64,000 bases of DNA from Alphaproteobacteria bacterium (GTDB lineage: Bacteria > Pseudomonadota > Alphaproteobacteria > MPNO01): positions 2,400,001-2,464,000 of the forward strand of contig OZ219866.1 of NCBI GenBank assembly GCA_964291675.2, written 5' to 3'. The notes beneath the pieces are model-generated. The model had not been told where the DNA came from, did not search any database, and worked only from the letters and a program-made list of their open reading frames with translations. The translations under genes and the position numbers were made by a program. Numbering within the stretch: position 1 is the stretch's first letter; each line of letters begins with the position of its first letter. Below, piece by piece: positions 1 through 9,162 of the stretch.

Positions 1-990
1 CACCCCGGGGCGAAGCTCCCCGCGCTCGATGCGCCGCGCCAGCTCGGTGACCGCCTCGCAGGCCGGGGCGGCCGTGCCGAGCTGCCGCGCCCTGGCCGCG
101 ACAAGGCCGTTGAGATCTTCCAGCTCGCTCTTCCGGCCCTTTTCCCAGTCCTGCAACACCACGCCTTTGGTGTTGGGCAGGACGAAGCCGCTCATCAGCT
201 TGTCCAGCAGGGTCTCGACCAGGCGGTTCGAATCGGTGACGTCCTTCTCCGACAGGCCAAATATGGGCCGGCGTTCGAAGCCCAGCGCATCGCCGATGTC
301 CATCGCCTCCTGTCCGGCGCGCAGCATGAACGCGCGCATGCCCGGCACGGTCTCCGCATCCACGATCGAAAGGTCGAGGCACGCGGTCGTCGCCAGCGTG
401 GTGCAGTTGCTGACGAGCTTCATCCACTTGGCCGCCAGTATGTCGTCGCTGGTCTCGCAGGCGCCGGCATGCGATAGCAGTTCCACCACCTCCGCCTCGC
501 GGCCCCTCGTGGCCGGATGGAAGCTGCCGACGGCGAACCAGGAGCGCGCGGGCGGCGAATGGCGTTCGACGATCCCCGGCGTGAACAGGCCGGACGAGAT
601 CTCGATTACGCATCCGAGCGTGCGTTCCGGCCCGACCGCCTCGGCCACGGTCTCGGCGGTCATGCCGTTCTGGACCGCGACCAGGAGGCCGTCGCGCTTC
701 AGATAGGGCTCGATGAGCTGGCTGGACCACCTTGCATCGTAAGCCTTGGTGACCACCAGCACGACGTCGAAGGGTTCCGTGAGCGTGCAGACATCGCAGA
801 TGTGGAGCGCGCGGACCTGCCGGACGATTGTTTCCTCCGGCATCACGACGGCGGCGCCGTTCTCGCGCATGGCCTCGACATGGGCCGGCCACTGGTCGAT
901 CAGCGTCACGTCGTAGCCCGCGCCGACGAGGTCGACGCCGATCGAGGTGCCGTTGGCGCCGCTTCCGACGACGGCGATCCTCCCCGCCAC
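1..990 (-). CDS. Ketopantoate reductase (2-dehydropantoate 2-reductase) family protein, 3' end runs off the window
   Basis: Not in the ORF track. Manual minus-strand translation from GTG 990 gives VAGRIAVVGSGANGTSIGVDLVGAGYDVTLIDQWPAHVEAMRENG (Rossmann fold) and later AKWMKLVSNC, typical of PanE/ApbA. Starts 2 bp after the stop of the upstream gene. Confidence 0.85.
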   Translation of the reverse strand, partial: MAGRIAVVGSGANGTSIGVDLVGAGYDVTLIDQWPAHVEAMRENGAAVVMPEETIVRQVRALHICDVCTLTEPFDVVLVVTKAYDARWSSQLIEPYLKRDGLLVAVQNGMTAETVAEAVGPERTLGCVIEISSGLFTPGIVERHSPPARSWFAVGSFHPATRGREAEVVELLSHAGACETSDDILAAKWMKLVSNCTTLATTACLDLSIVDAETVPGMRAFMLRAGQEAMDIGDALGFERRPIFGLSEKDVTDSNRLVETLLDKLMSGFVLPNTKGVVLQDWEKGRKSELEDLNGLVAARARQLGTAAPACEAVTELARRIERGELRPGV

Positions 991-992
991 GG

Positions 993-2159
993 TCAGGCCC
1001 ACAGCGCGCGGCTGGCGATGCGCGCGCCCTCGGCGAGCGCCTGGAACTTCGCCCACACGACGCTCGGATGGACTTCGGGCGTCGCGCTCGCGTTGGTGCC
1101 GAAGCCGCAATCGCCGCCGGCGATCACGTTCTCGCGCCCGACCAGGCCGGCGAACCGCATGATCCGCTCGGCGATCAGCTCCGGGTGCTCGACGAGAACC
1201 GAGGAATGGGTGATCACGCCGGGAATGAGAAGCTTCCCTTCGGGCAGGCGGGTCTCCTTCCAGAGCTGCCATTCGTGCTCGTGGCGCGGGTTCGCCGCCT
1301 CGAAGGAGAACGCGCCGGCCTCGATCTCCAGCACGATGTCGAGCACCCAGCCGAGCTCGACCTCGTGCACCCGCGGCCCCATGTTGATGCCGTAGCAGGT
1401 GTGATAGCGCACCCGGTCGGCGGGCACCCCCTCCAGCGCGTAGTTGATCGCCTCGACCTGGGCTGCGAGCCATTTCCGGTAGTCGGCCATCTCCAGCTCC
1501 GGCGTCTTGACGTAGTGGGTGACCAGATGCGGATCGTCGATCTGAAGGATGAAGCCGGCATCAACGATCGCGCGGTATTCCTCGTTCATCGCATCCGCGA
1601 TCGCGTAGAGGAATTCCTCGTCCGAGGCATAGTGCTCGTTCCTCTGGTTGCCCGCGACATCGACCGGCGAGATGGCGGGCACGAAGGCCTCCGCCGCGCC
1701 ATGGGCGTCGACGGCGGCGCGCAGATTGGCGAGGTCGCGGTCGAGCCGTTGCCGCCCCCGGTAGCGCACCGGCCCGCCGCAGACCATCTCGGCCGCCGGG
1801 AGCAGCGCGCCGGGGCCGTGCGGGCGGACGGACTCGTAGAACTCGGGGAAGGCCAGCGCCTCGCGCGAGCCGCCCCAGGGAATGCCCCGCGGCCGGGGTC
1901 GCGCCTCGTAGCCCGCCAGGCGCTCGTTGGCGTAGACCGCAAATCCGCGCTTGGAGAACTCGCCGTCGTCGACGATGTCGATGCCGAGCGCGACCTGGCG
2001 GGCGACCACCGCGTCGACCGCCTCCTCGAGCAGGGCCTCGTATGCGGCGCGGTCGATCGCCACCCCGCGGTCCTCGGCGACGAACGCCTCGATCAGCTTC
2101 CGCGGCCGCGGCAGGCTTCCGACATGGGTGGTCAGGATCCGCTCCGCGCTGTTCCTCAT
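993..2159 (-). CDS. Cobalamin-independent methionine synthase II family (MetE C-terminal-like) protein
   Basis: ILTTHVGSLPRP N-terminus; Zn ligands HTC...E...DCGFG; GAAGGAG SD before ATG 2159. Confidence 0.9.
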   Translation of the reverse strand: MRNSAERILTTHVGSLPRPRKLIEAFVAEDRGVAIDRAAYEALLEEAVDAVVARQVALGIDIVDDGEFSKRGFAVYANERLAGYEARPRPRGIPWGGSREALAFPEFYESVRPHGPGALLPAAEMVCGGPVRYRGRQRLDRDLANLRAAVDAHGAAEAFVPAISPVDVAGNQRNEHYASDEEFLYAIADAMNEEYRAIVDAGFILQIDDPHLVTHYVKTPELEMADYRKWLAAQVEAINYALEGVPADRVRYHTCYGINMGPRVHEVELGWVLDIVLEIEAGAFSFEAANPRHEHEWQLWKETRLPEGKLLIPGVITHSSVLVEHPELIAERIMRFAGLVGRENVIAGGDCGFGTNASATPEVHPSVVWAKFQALAEGARIASRALWA

Positions 2160-2269
2160 GATCCGCTCCTTCCCGGCTGTCGTCGCCATTCAAGCCGGAT
2201 TCGGGTTGCCGCGGTAGTGCCGATGGACCGAACATGTGCGGTGACGACAATCGATGGCGGGACCTACCG

Positions 2270-3037
2270 ATGAGCGCTCCGTGGCCCCTGGCCTGCCGGC
2301 AATGGCAGGGCGCGCGTCGCTACCAGGAGGACGCGTTCGCGACCCGCGAGATCGACATGGCGGGAAGCGGGGAGGCGGCCGCGCTGCTGCTCGTGCTTGC
2401 CGACGGGATGGGCGGCGCGGCCGGCGGCGCGGTGGCGAGCCGTATCGCGACCGACGCGTTCATCGGCGAATTCGCCGGCCTCGCCGGCACGGTTGCCGAC
2501 CGGTTCCGGGGCTGCCTGGATGCGGCGACCGCCCGGCTGCGGCAACGGGAGACCGAAGACAGGCGGCTCCTCGGCATGGGCACCACCGTGGTCGCCGCGC
2601 TGCATGACGGGCGCGGCATCGACTGGCTGAGCGTCGGCGATTCGCCGATGTGGCTGTTCGCCGACGGCAGGCTGGAGCGGCTGAACGCGGATCATTCGAT
2701 GGCGCCCATGCTGGCGGAGCTGGTGCGGCGCGGAGAGCTGACGCCCGACGAGGCGCGCCACGACGGGCGCCGCCACATGCTGCGCTCCGCGGTGACCGGC
2801 CGGCCCGCCGAGCTGGTCGATCGCGGGTACCGCGCCTGCCGCCTGCTGCCGGGCGAGCACCTGTTGATCGCCAGCGACGGGCTGGAGACCCTGCCGGAAG
2901 AACGGATCGCGCGCGAGCTCGCCGGGACGCGGGGCGATGCCGATGCGGCGGCCGAAGCGCTCGAATCCGCGCTGCGCGCCGCCGCGGGTCCCTACCAGGA
3001 CAACGCCACCTTCCTGCTGCTGTCGGCCGGCCGCTGA
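2270..3037 (+). CDS. PP2C-family Ser/Thr protein phosphatase
   Basis: QEDAF, LADGMGG, MGTT, VGDS, DHS, ASDGL and DNAT motifs are all present. Start may be 2234. Confidence 0.9.
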   Translation: MSAPWPLACRQWQGARRYQEDAFATREIDMAGSGEAAALLLVLADGMGGAAGGAVASRIATDAFIGEFAGLAGTVADRFRGCLDAATARLRQRETEDRRLLGMGTTVVAALHDGRGIDWLSVGDSPMWLFADGRLERLNADHSMAPMLAELVRRGELTPDEARHDGRRHMLRSAVTGRPAELVDRGYRACRLLPGEHLLIASDGLETLPEERIARELAGTRGDADAAAEALESALRAAAGPYQDNATFLLLSAGR

Positions 3038-3057
3038 GGACGGCCCGTCCCGCGCCG

Positions 3058-5748
3058 CTACCAGCGCCCCGACCCGCTCAGCATCAGCCTGTGTTCCGGC
3101 GCGCCGTAGTTGTCCGCGGGGTCCCGGCGGGTTGCCGTCAGACCGAGATCGAACGGTATCGCGCCGCGCTGCGCCGGGGTGAATTGCCAGTCGAGGATGT
3201 ATTCCCGACGGCCGTTCGAGAGCGCGAAGCCGAGACCCGGCGTCGCCGTGAACCGGTTCCCCGGCGCCGCGAAGCCATAGCCCAGCCGGAACGAGAGGCG
3301 ACGTTGCCCGAGCTCGTTCGCGGCGGGACCGGCCGGGGTGTCGCGCTCGAGCAGGGCCGCGGCGCGGTTCCCGACCGGGGCCCCTGTCGATTGGGCGAGC
3401 GTCAGCGAGACCCCGCGGCCGGATTGCGGTCTCTGGTTCCAGGCCACCGACCAGGACAGCCCGCGCTCGAGAATTCGGCCTGACTGGTGCGTCAGGAAAG
3501 CGCCGGCGTTGGCTTCCGCCGCCAGCCCGATTCGCGGAAACCGCCATGCGAGCCCGGCGTCGAATTCGCTTCCGAAGCCGGTCTCCGCGTCGCCGCGGTC
3601 ATAGCGCATGCCGACTTCGAGGCGCGGCGTCAGCTTTCCCTCGCCGCGCGTCCGGATGCCCCGCAACGCCCACTCCACCCCGAGGCGGAGCAGCGTCACC
3701 TCGGCCTTTGTCGCCGCGAGGTTCCCGCTCCTTGCCGAAGTCGCGAGCACGGCGAGTGCGTCCGATTTCACCGCGATCTCCATGCCGCCCGATGCCCGCT
3801 CCGAAAGAACCACCCCGCGCATGCCGGCGGCCGCCATGGCGAGGCCCAGGTCGGTGCCGACCGCCCGGTCTCCCTGCGGCTTGAGCGTCAGCTTGCCTCT
3901 GCCGTAGCCGGCGACGCCCCACAGCGTCACCCACTCGTTCGGCCGGTAGCGCGAATAGGGGTAGAACCCCGTCAGGCGCGACGTGAGCTTGCCCCTCCCG
4001 TCGCCCCGGTAGCCGCCTTCGCCCCGGGTTCGCACCAGGAGCAGGCCGGCCGTGAACGCCTCCTGCCGCCAATCCGCCCCCATCATCAGGCTGCTCACCC
4101 GGCCCTCGATCGCGGCACCGCTCTCGCGTCCGTCGAAGCTCGAGACCGCCGCTCGAACTCCCAGCCCGGCCGAACCGCCGTCCGGCGTCCTCGCCCCCAG
4201 CGTGAAGGAGGACCCGAGCAGCAGGCCGCCCTCCGTCACCCGCCATGGCCGGAACGCCACCCCGGTTGCGCCGTCCTCCGCGTTGTCCGGTCCGCGGCTT
4301 CCGACGCGCTCCCCGCCCGGGCTCTCCTCGAATCCGGGGACGGGGAGGGACGCAATCCGATCCTCGACCGCATCGCCGACCTGCCGCGCCGCCGTGCGGG
4401 CGAACCGTGCAAGCCAGGGGCGCAGCATTCGATCGTCGATGCGGTCCGGGCTGTTGGTACGCCCGGCCCCCGGCGGCGACCATTCGCTCGGCCGCACTCC
4501 GTTGCGCGCCCGCACCCGGACCTGGTACAGCGTCCCCGGCGCCAGCCGCCCGATGGTCGTCCGCGTGCGCGTGCCGTCATGCGCGTGATCCGCCCATCGC
4601 CCGGCCGTCCCTTCCCGGAACTGCAGGTCGTAGCCGATGAGCGGGGGGCCGCCGTTGCGGTCCGGCGCGCTCCAGGTCGCGGAAAGCTGGGTCGCGGTGC
4701 CGCGGATCGCCGTCACGCGGGGGGGCTCCGGCCTGTCCGGCCGCTCGTCCGGGTCGACGATACGGGCCATGCCCGGCACGACCGTGTCGGTGGCGTCGCT
4801 GGTCAGGCTCGCGGGGCCGCATTGGTCGTCGCGGAAACCGACCCTCACCCTGATCTTCCTGCCCCGGTCGGCTTCGACAAGCGTGTAGCTGCGAGACGTC
4901 GCGCCGTCGATGTCCGTCGGGTTCGACGTGCCGTCCGCGTCCACCCGCACCCACTGGTACCGGAAGATCGCGGCGTTCAGCCCGTCCGGGTCTTCGATGC
5001 CGCTCGTCGACGCGGACAGCGTCCTCCCGACCTGCGCGGTCCCTGAAATCGTCGGCGCGCCTGTCGCCGCGCCGTCGGTGCCGAAACCCGCGACGGTGCC
5101 CTTGACCCGAATCTTCATAGCGTATCTGCGCGTCTCGGCTATCCACGACGAGCCGCGGCTTCGCTTGTAAGGCTCACCGATGTTCCAGCCCGCGGCCGCA
5201 CCCGGGTCCAGACCCTCCGACAAGAGCGTCTGGCGCCATCGCGGTGCGCCGGCGTCGGCCGTGCCATTGCCGTTCTGCGTCGGGACGGTGGCGGGACCGT
5301 CATATGCCAGCATCACCCAATACTTCGATCGTCCGCACAGCTTGGCGCCGCCGGGCGCCGCGAACTCGTTCAGGCCCGCCGAAAGTGAGGCGGGGTGGGT
5401 CATCGTGTACAGGTCGGCCGCGCCCGGAGAGCCCGCGGAATCCCGCCTGATCGAGACGGTCAACGGGGCGGTTCCGGTGGGTCTCACGGCGAAATCCAGG
5501 ACGATGCCGGTGAGGACGTATCCGATGCTCTCGCTCCCCGTGCCGAAAGGCTGGGCGCGGGGGGCGATTTCGGAAATCAGGCGGTGCCCGCCATGGACTC
5601 GCGCCACATTGCTGACCAGGGTGGTCGCGGTCTGGGACTGCGCGGTTTGAGGACAAACGGCCGCCAGGGCCGACACTAGGAGGACCGCCCACCCGCGTGC
5701 CCAGGACAGCGGGCGCGCGGCGAGCGCTCCCGGTGCTCCCGTGTCCAT
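3058..5748 (-). CDS. Autotransporter-type surface protein: signal peptide, TTLVSN-initiated beta domain, Ig-like repeat, fibronectin type III domain, C-terminal beta-barrel
   Basis: Signal-like WAVLLVSALAAVCPQTAQS; ATGAPTISGTAQVGRTLSAS..YQW; FN3 LSATWSAP..GYDLQFR..LAPGTLYQVRVRA..WS; WLARFART linker helix; barrel ending GSGRW. ORF is open to TTG 5832, so the start is uncertain. Confidence 0.85.
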   Translation of the reverse strand: MDTGAPGALAARPLSWARGWAVLLVSALAAVCPQTAQSQTATTLVSNVARVHGGHRLISEIAPRAQPFGTGSESIGYVLTGIVLDFAVRPTGTAPLTVSIRRDSAGSPGAADLYTMTHPASLSAGLNEFAAPGGAKLCGRSKYWVMLAYDGPATVPTQNGNGTADAGAPRWRQTLLSEGLDPGAAAGWNIGEPYKRSRGSSWIAETRRYAMKIRVKGTVAGFGTDGAATGAPTISGTAQVGRTLSASTSGIEDPDGLNAAIFRYQWVRVDADGTSNPTDIDGATSRSYTLVEADRGRKIRVRVGFRDDQCGPASLTSDATDTVVPGMARIVDPDERPDRPEPPRVTAIRGTATQLSATWSAPDRNGGPPLIGYDLQFREGTAGRWADHAHDGTRTRTTIGRLAPGTLYQVRVRARNGVRPSEWSPPGAGRTNSPDRIDDRMLRPWLARFARTAARQVGDAVEDRIASLPVPGFEESPGGERVGSRGPDNAEDGATGVAFRPWRVTEGGLLLGSSFTLGARTPDGGSAGLGVRAAVSSFDGRESGAAIEGRVSSLMMGADWRQEAFTAGLLLVRTRGEGGYRGDGRGKLTSRLTGFYPYSRYRPNEWVTLWGVAGYGRGKLTLKPQGDRAVGTDLGLAMAAAGMRGVVLSERASGGMEIAVKSDALAVLATSARSGNLAATKAEVTLLRLGVEWALRGIRTRGEGKLTPRLEVGMRYDRGDAETGFGSEFDAGLAWRFPRIGLAAEANAGAFLTHQSGRILERGLSWSVAWNQRPQSGRGVSLTLAQSTGAPVGNRAAALLERDTPAGPAANELGQRRLSFRLGYGFAAPGNRFTATPGLGFALSNGRREYILDWQFTPAQRGAIPFDLGLTATRRDPADNYGAPEHRLMLSGSGRW

Positions 5749-6088
5749 CGCCGCGAATCCGTCGGCGGCAAATTGCCCGGTCGCCCGATCGAGTTCGGGC
5801 CGGTCCGATATGACCGTCGCCAAATCCGCCAAATTTCTGTTCCGATTCCCGGCCTGGGCCGGCGCGCGGCTCCGTCACCGCTCGTCGTTTCGAGTCCGGT
5901 CAAGCATGTCGTGGCCCCGATCTCCGTTTTCCAATCACTTATGCGTGCGCAGCCGGGGTGGGCCAAAACCGGCGTTCGCCCGTGCGCCGGAACCCTGTCG
6001 GAGTCCCCTGCGAGCCTATATTCTGGTTCCCCGGTGAGGCGCCCTTCGGACAGGCGATCCATCGGATCCGGCACCGGAGGGCGGAAAC

Positions 6089-6115
6089 ATGGCCGATCGC
6101 GAGCGTCGCCGGTGA
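6089..6115 (+). other. Short upstream ORF MADRERRR* whose TGA overlaps the GTG start of the MFS gene
   Basis: GGAGG-gcggaaac-ATG GCC GAT CGC GAG CGT CGC CGG TGA; GTGA overlap at 6112-6115. Confidence 0.5.
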
Positions 6116-7305
6116 GGTCGCCGGGCAGCCTCGGCATCGCGGCTCTCCTCGCGCTCACCTCCATGGCCACCGCGATCGGCATCGACGGCACGCTGCCGGC
6201 GATGCCGGCGATGGTCGAAGGCCTGGGTTCGACCCGGACGCTGGTGCAGCTCAGCCTCAGCATGTTCATGGTCGGCGTCGCGGTGGGCCAGCCGGTGCCG
6301 GGCCCCCTGTCGGACCGGTTCGGCAGGAAGCCGGTCATCATCGGCGGGCTGCTGGTCACCGGCGTCGCGGCGCTCGGCTGCGCGCTCGCCGAGACCGTCG
6401 AGGCGCTGATCGCGTTCCGCTTCGTGCACGGCATGGCGGCGGCGTCGGGGTTTATCGTCGCCCGCGCCGTCATCCGGGATCGCTACGAGCGCGGCGACGC
6501 CGCGCGCGTGCTCTCGCTGCTGCTGTTCTTCTTCTGCTTCGGACCCCTGATCGCGCCGATCGTGGCCGCCCACCTGACGGTGTCCTTCGGCTGGAAGGCG
6601 ATGTTCCTGTTCATCGCCGCATACAGCGCGCTCGTGGCGATCCTGTTCGCGCTGGCCTTCCGCGAGACCCTGGAACGGCCCGACCGGGATGCGCTTCGCA
6701 TCGCGCCGATGCTGAGGAATTTCGCGGAGATTTCCCGCAGCGTCGCCTTCTGGGCCTATACCGCCTGCGCCGCGGCGTCCTACGGCATCCTGTTCTCGTT
6801 CCTCTCCGCCTCGCCGCACGTGATCATCACCTTCTTCGGCGAGACCGAGACCGCCTACGCCTACATGTTCGCCGGCTGCATGATCGGCTCGATGGCCGGC
6901 ATGCTGGCGGGCGCCCGCCTGGTCGGGCGTTTCGGCGTCGACCGCCTGTTGCAATGGGGCGTCTGGAGCGCATCGCTGTTCGGCCTGGCGCTCGCCGGGC
7001 CCTCCTGGGCCGGGATCCATCACTGGCTCGCGGTGATCGGCCCGATGTTCTTCTGCATGTTCGCGTTCTCGCTGATCTACCCGCAGACCGTCGCCGGCGC
7101 GCTGCAACCCTTTCCCCGCATCGCCGGCGCGGCCTCGTCGCTGATCGGCTTCGTCCAGCAGGTCGCCGGAGCGGCGATCGGCATGATCGTCGCCGCGCTC
7201 ACCACCGACGGCACGCAGGGGGCGCTGGCGCATGGCGTGCTGTTCTCCTCGCTGTTCGCCCTGGTCGCCTACGAGCTCGTGGTGCGCCGCCACCGGACCG
7301 TATAG
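6112..7305 (+). CDS. Bcr/CflA-family drug resistance MFS efflux transporter
   Basis: IDGTLPAMP, GPLSDRFGRKP, ARAVIRD and ETL motifs; about 12 hydrophobic segments. The N-terminal 113 aa of the track ORF look spurious. Confidence 0.9.
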   Translation: MRSPGSLGIAALLALTSMATAIGIDGTLPAMPAMVEGLGSTRTLVQLSLSMFMVGVAVGQPVPGPLSDRFGRKPVIIGGLLVTGVAALGCALAETVEALIAFRFVHGMAAASGFIVARAVIRDRYERGDAARVLSLLLFFFCFGPLIAPIVAAHLTVSFGWKAMFLFIAAYSALVAILFALAFRETLERPDRDALRIAPMLRNFAEISRSVAFWAYTACAAASYGILFSFLSASPHVIITFFGETETAYAYMFAGCMIGSMAGMLAGARLVGRFGVDRLLQWGVWSASLFGLALAGPSWAGIHHWLAVIGPMFFCMFAFSLIYPQTVAGALQPFPRIAGAASSLIGFVQQVAGAAIGMIVAALTTDGTQGALAHGVLFSSLFALVAYELVVRRHRTV

Positions 7306-7394
7306 GCGGCCGCGCGGTGCCGGGCGCCGCGCGGTTGCCGCGGCATCGAGAAACCTCCATCCTCTGGCATCGATCCGCCTTCCCCGGGAGAGCC

Positions 7395-9080
7395 ATGCCC
7401 GACACCGTGAACACGATATTCGGCCGCGAGGCCTTTCTCGCGCTGCTGGAGAGCGAGGGGGTGTCGCATCTGTTCGGCAATCCCGGCACCACGGAGCTGC
7501 CGATCATGGCCGCGCTGCCCGACCGGCCGGCGATCGCCTATGTCATGGCGCTGCAGGAGGCGCTCGTGGTCGCCATGGCGGACGGCTACGCGCGGGCCTC
7601 CGGCAGGCTCACCGCCTGCAACGTCCACGTCGCGCCCGGGCTCGGCAACGCCATGGGCTCGCTGTTCAACGCCAACTGGATGGGCTCGCCCATCGTCGTC
7701 ACCGCCGGACAGCAGGAGCAGGGGCACGGGCTGACCGAGCCGATGCTCTATGCGCCGCTGGTGCCGATCGCCCAGCCGCTGGTGAAATGGGCCGTCGAGG
7801 TGAACCGGCTCCAGGATTTGCCCCGCATCGTGCGCCGCGCCGCCAAGGTCGCGATGACCCCGCCGACCGGCCCGGTGTTCATCTCGCTGCCGGGCGACGT
7901 CCTCAACGAGCAGGACGCGCTCGAGCTCGGCCAGCCCACGCGGGTCGACACCGCTGGCCGCCCCGGCGACGCGGCGCTCGACCGCCTGGCCGACCGGTTG
8001 CTCGCCGCCCGCAACCCGGTCCTCCTGGCGGGGCACGAGATCGCGACCTCGGACGCGCTGGCCGAGGCGGCGGCGGTCGCCGAGGCGCTCGGCGCGCCCG
8101 TCTACCAGCAGACGGTGTGCGACGGCGCCCACTTCCTCTCCGAACACCCGGCCTTCATGGGCGGGCTCACCCGCGAGCAGCGGGACGTGCGCGAGACGCT
8201 CGCGCCCTACGACCTGATGTTCTGCATGGGGGCCGACGTGCTGCGCATGTCGGTGTTCAGCGAGACCGATCCGCTGCCGGACGGCATGGCGCTGGTTCAG
8301 CTCGGCCTGCGCGACTGGGAGATGGGCAAGAACTACCCGGCGGAGATCGCGCTGCGCGCCGACGTGAAGGAGTCGCTCGGCCTCCTGGCCCGGCTGATCG
8401 AGCGCAAGCGCGGCGCCGCCGGGGCGGAGAGGGCGGCGGATTCGCTCGCGGCGCTGGCGACCTCCAACTGGTCCGCCAAGCGCGAGGCGCGGCGCAACGC
8501 CGTGCTGGGCCGCGACGGCGCAACGCCGATGGCACCGGAGCTCGCGATGCTCAGGATCGTCGACGGCCTGCCCAAGGACGCGGTCATAGTCGAGGAAGGA
8601 ATCCTGAGCGGGCGCTCGCTCCCCGCGTTCTACCCCTTCCGCGACACCAAAGCGTGGTTCGGCCTCGGCAGCGGCGGAATCGGCTTCGCGATGGCGGGCG
8701 CGGTGGGGATCCAGCTCGCTCTCCCGGACCGGCCGGTGGTCGCGGTCATCGGCGACGGCAGCGCGATGTACTCGATCCAGGCGCTGTGGACCGCTGCCAA
8801 CGCCAACTGCCCGGTCACCTATGTCATCGCCAATAACGGCGGCTACCGGATCATCAAGGAGCGGCTGAAGGCGTTCCACGGCGTCGAGGCGTATACCGGC
8901 ATGGAGTTCAAGGACCCGCCGATCGACTTCATCGGGCTGGCCCGCTCGATGGGGGTGGCGGCGCGGCGGATCGCCGACCCCGACGACATCGCACCCGCCA
9001 TTGCCGAGTCGACGCGGCTGAACGGCCCCACGCTGCTCGATATCGTGGTCGACGACGGGTTCGGGAACGAGGGACGGTGA
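7395..9080 (+). CDS. Thiamine pyrophosphate-dependent enzyme, benzoylformate decarboxylase-like
   Basis: FGNPGTTELP, LQE..VAMADGYA and GDGSAMYS...NN TPP motif; GGGAG SD before ATG 7395. Confidence 0.9.
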   Translation: MPDTVNTIFGREAFLALLESEGVSHLFGNPGTTELPIMAALPDRPAIAYVMALQEALVVAMADGYARASGRLTACNVHVAPGLGNAMGSLFNANWMGSPIVVTAGQQEQGHGLTEPMLYAPLVPIAQPLVKWAVEVNRLQDLPRIVRRAAKVAMTPPTGPVFISLPGDVLNEQDALELGQPTRVDTAGRPGDAALDRLADRLLAARNPVLLAGHEIATSDALAEAAAVAEALGAPVYQQTVCDGAHFLSEHPAFMGGLTREQRDVRETLAPYDLMFCMGADVLRMSVFSETDPLPDGMALVQLGLRDWEMGKNYPAEIALRADVKESLGLLARLIERKRGAAGAERAADSLAALATSNWSAKREARRNAVLGRDGATPMAPELAMLRIVDGLPKDAVIVEEGILSGRSLPAFYPFRDTKAWFGLGSGGIGFAMAGAVGIQLALPDRPVVAVIGDGSAMYSIQALWTAANANCPVTYVIANNGGYRIIKERLKAFHGVEAYTGMEFKDPPIDFIGLARSMGVAARRIADPDDIAPAIAESTRLNGPTLLDIVVDDGFGNEGR

Positions 9081-9162
9081 GCGTCTTGCGCCCGGAGTCC
9101 GGGGGCGGCATCATCTCCCGGAAGGACAGGGGCGCGCCTCGGATATCTTCCGGGGCTTCCGC

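Noticed and set aside
5958-9080. 1040-aa ORF and similar long N-terminal extensions (20236, 25777, 32192, 39993, 40191, 52170)
   Set aside because: The extensions are Arg/Gly/Pro-rich off-frame reads of neighbouring genes, expected at this GC content. Real starts lie downstream, with an SD or a stop/start overlap.
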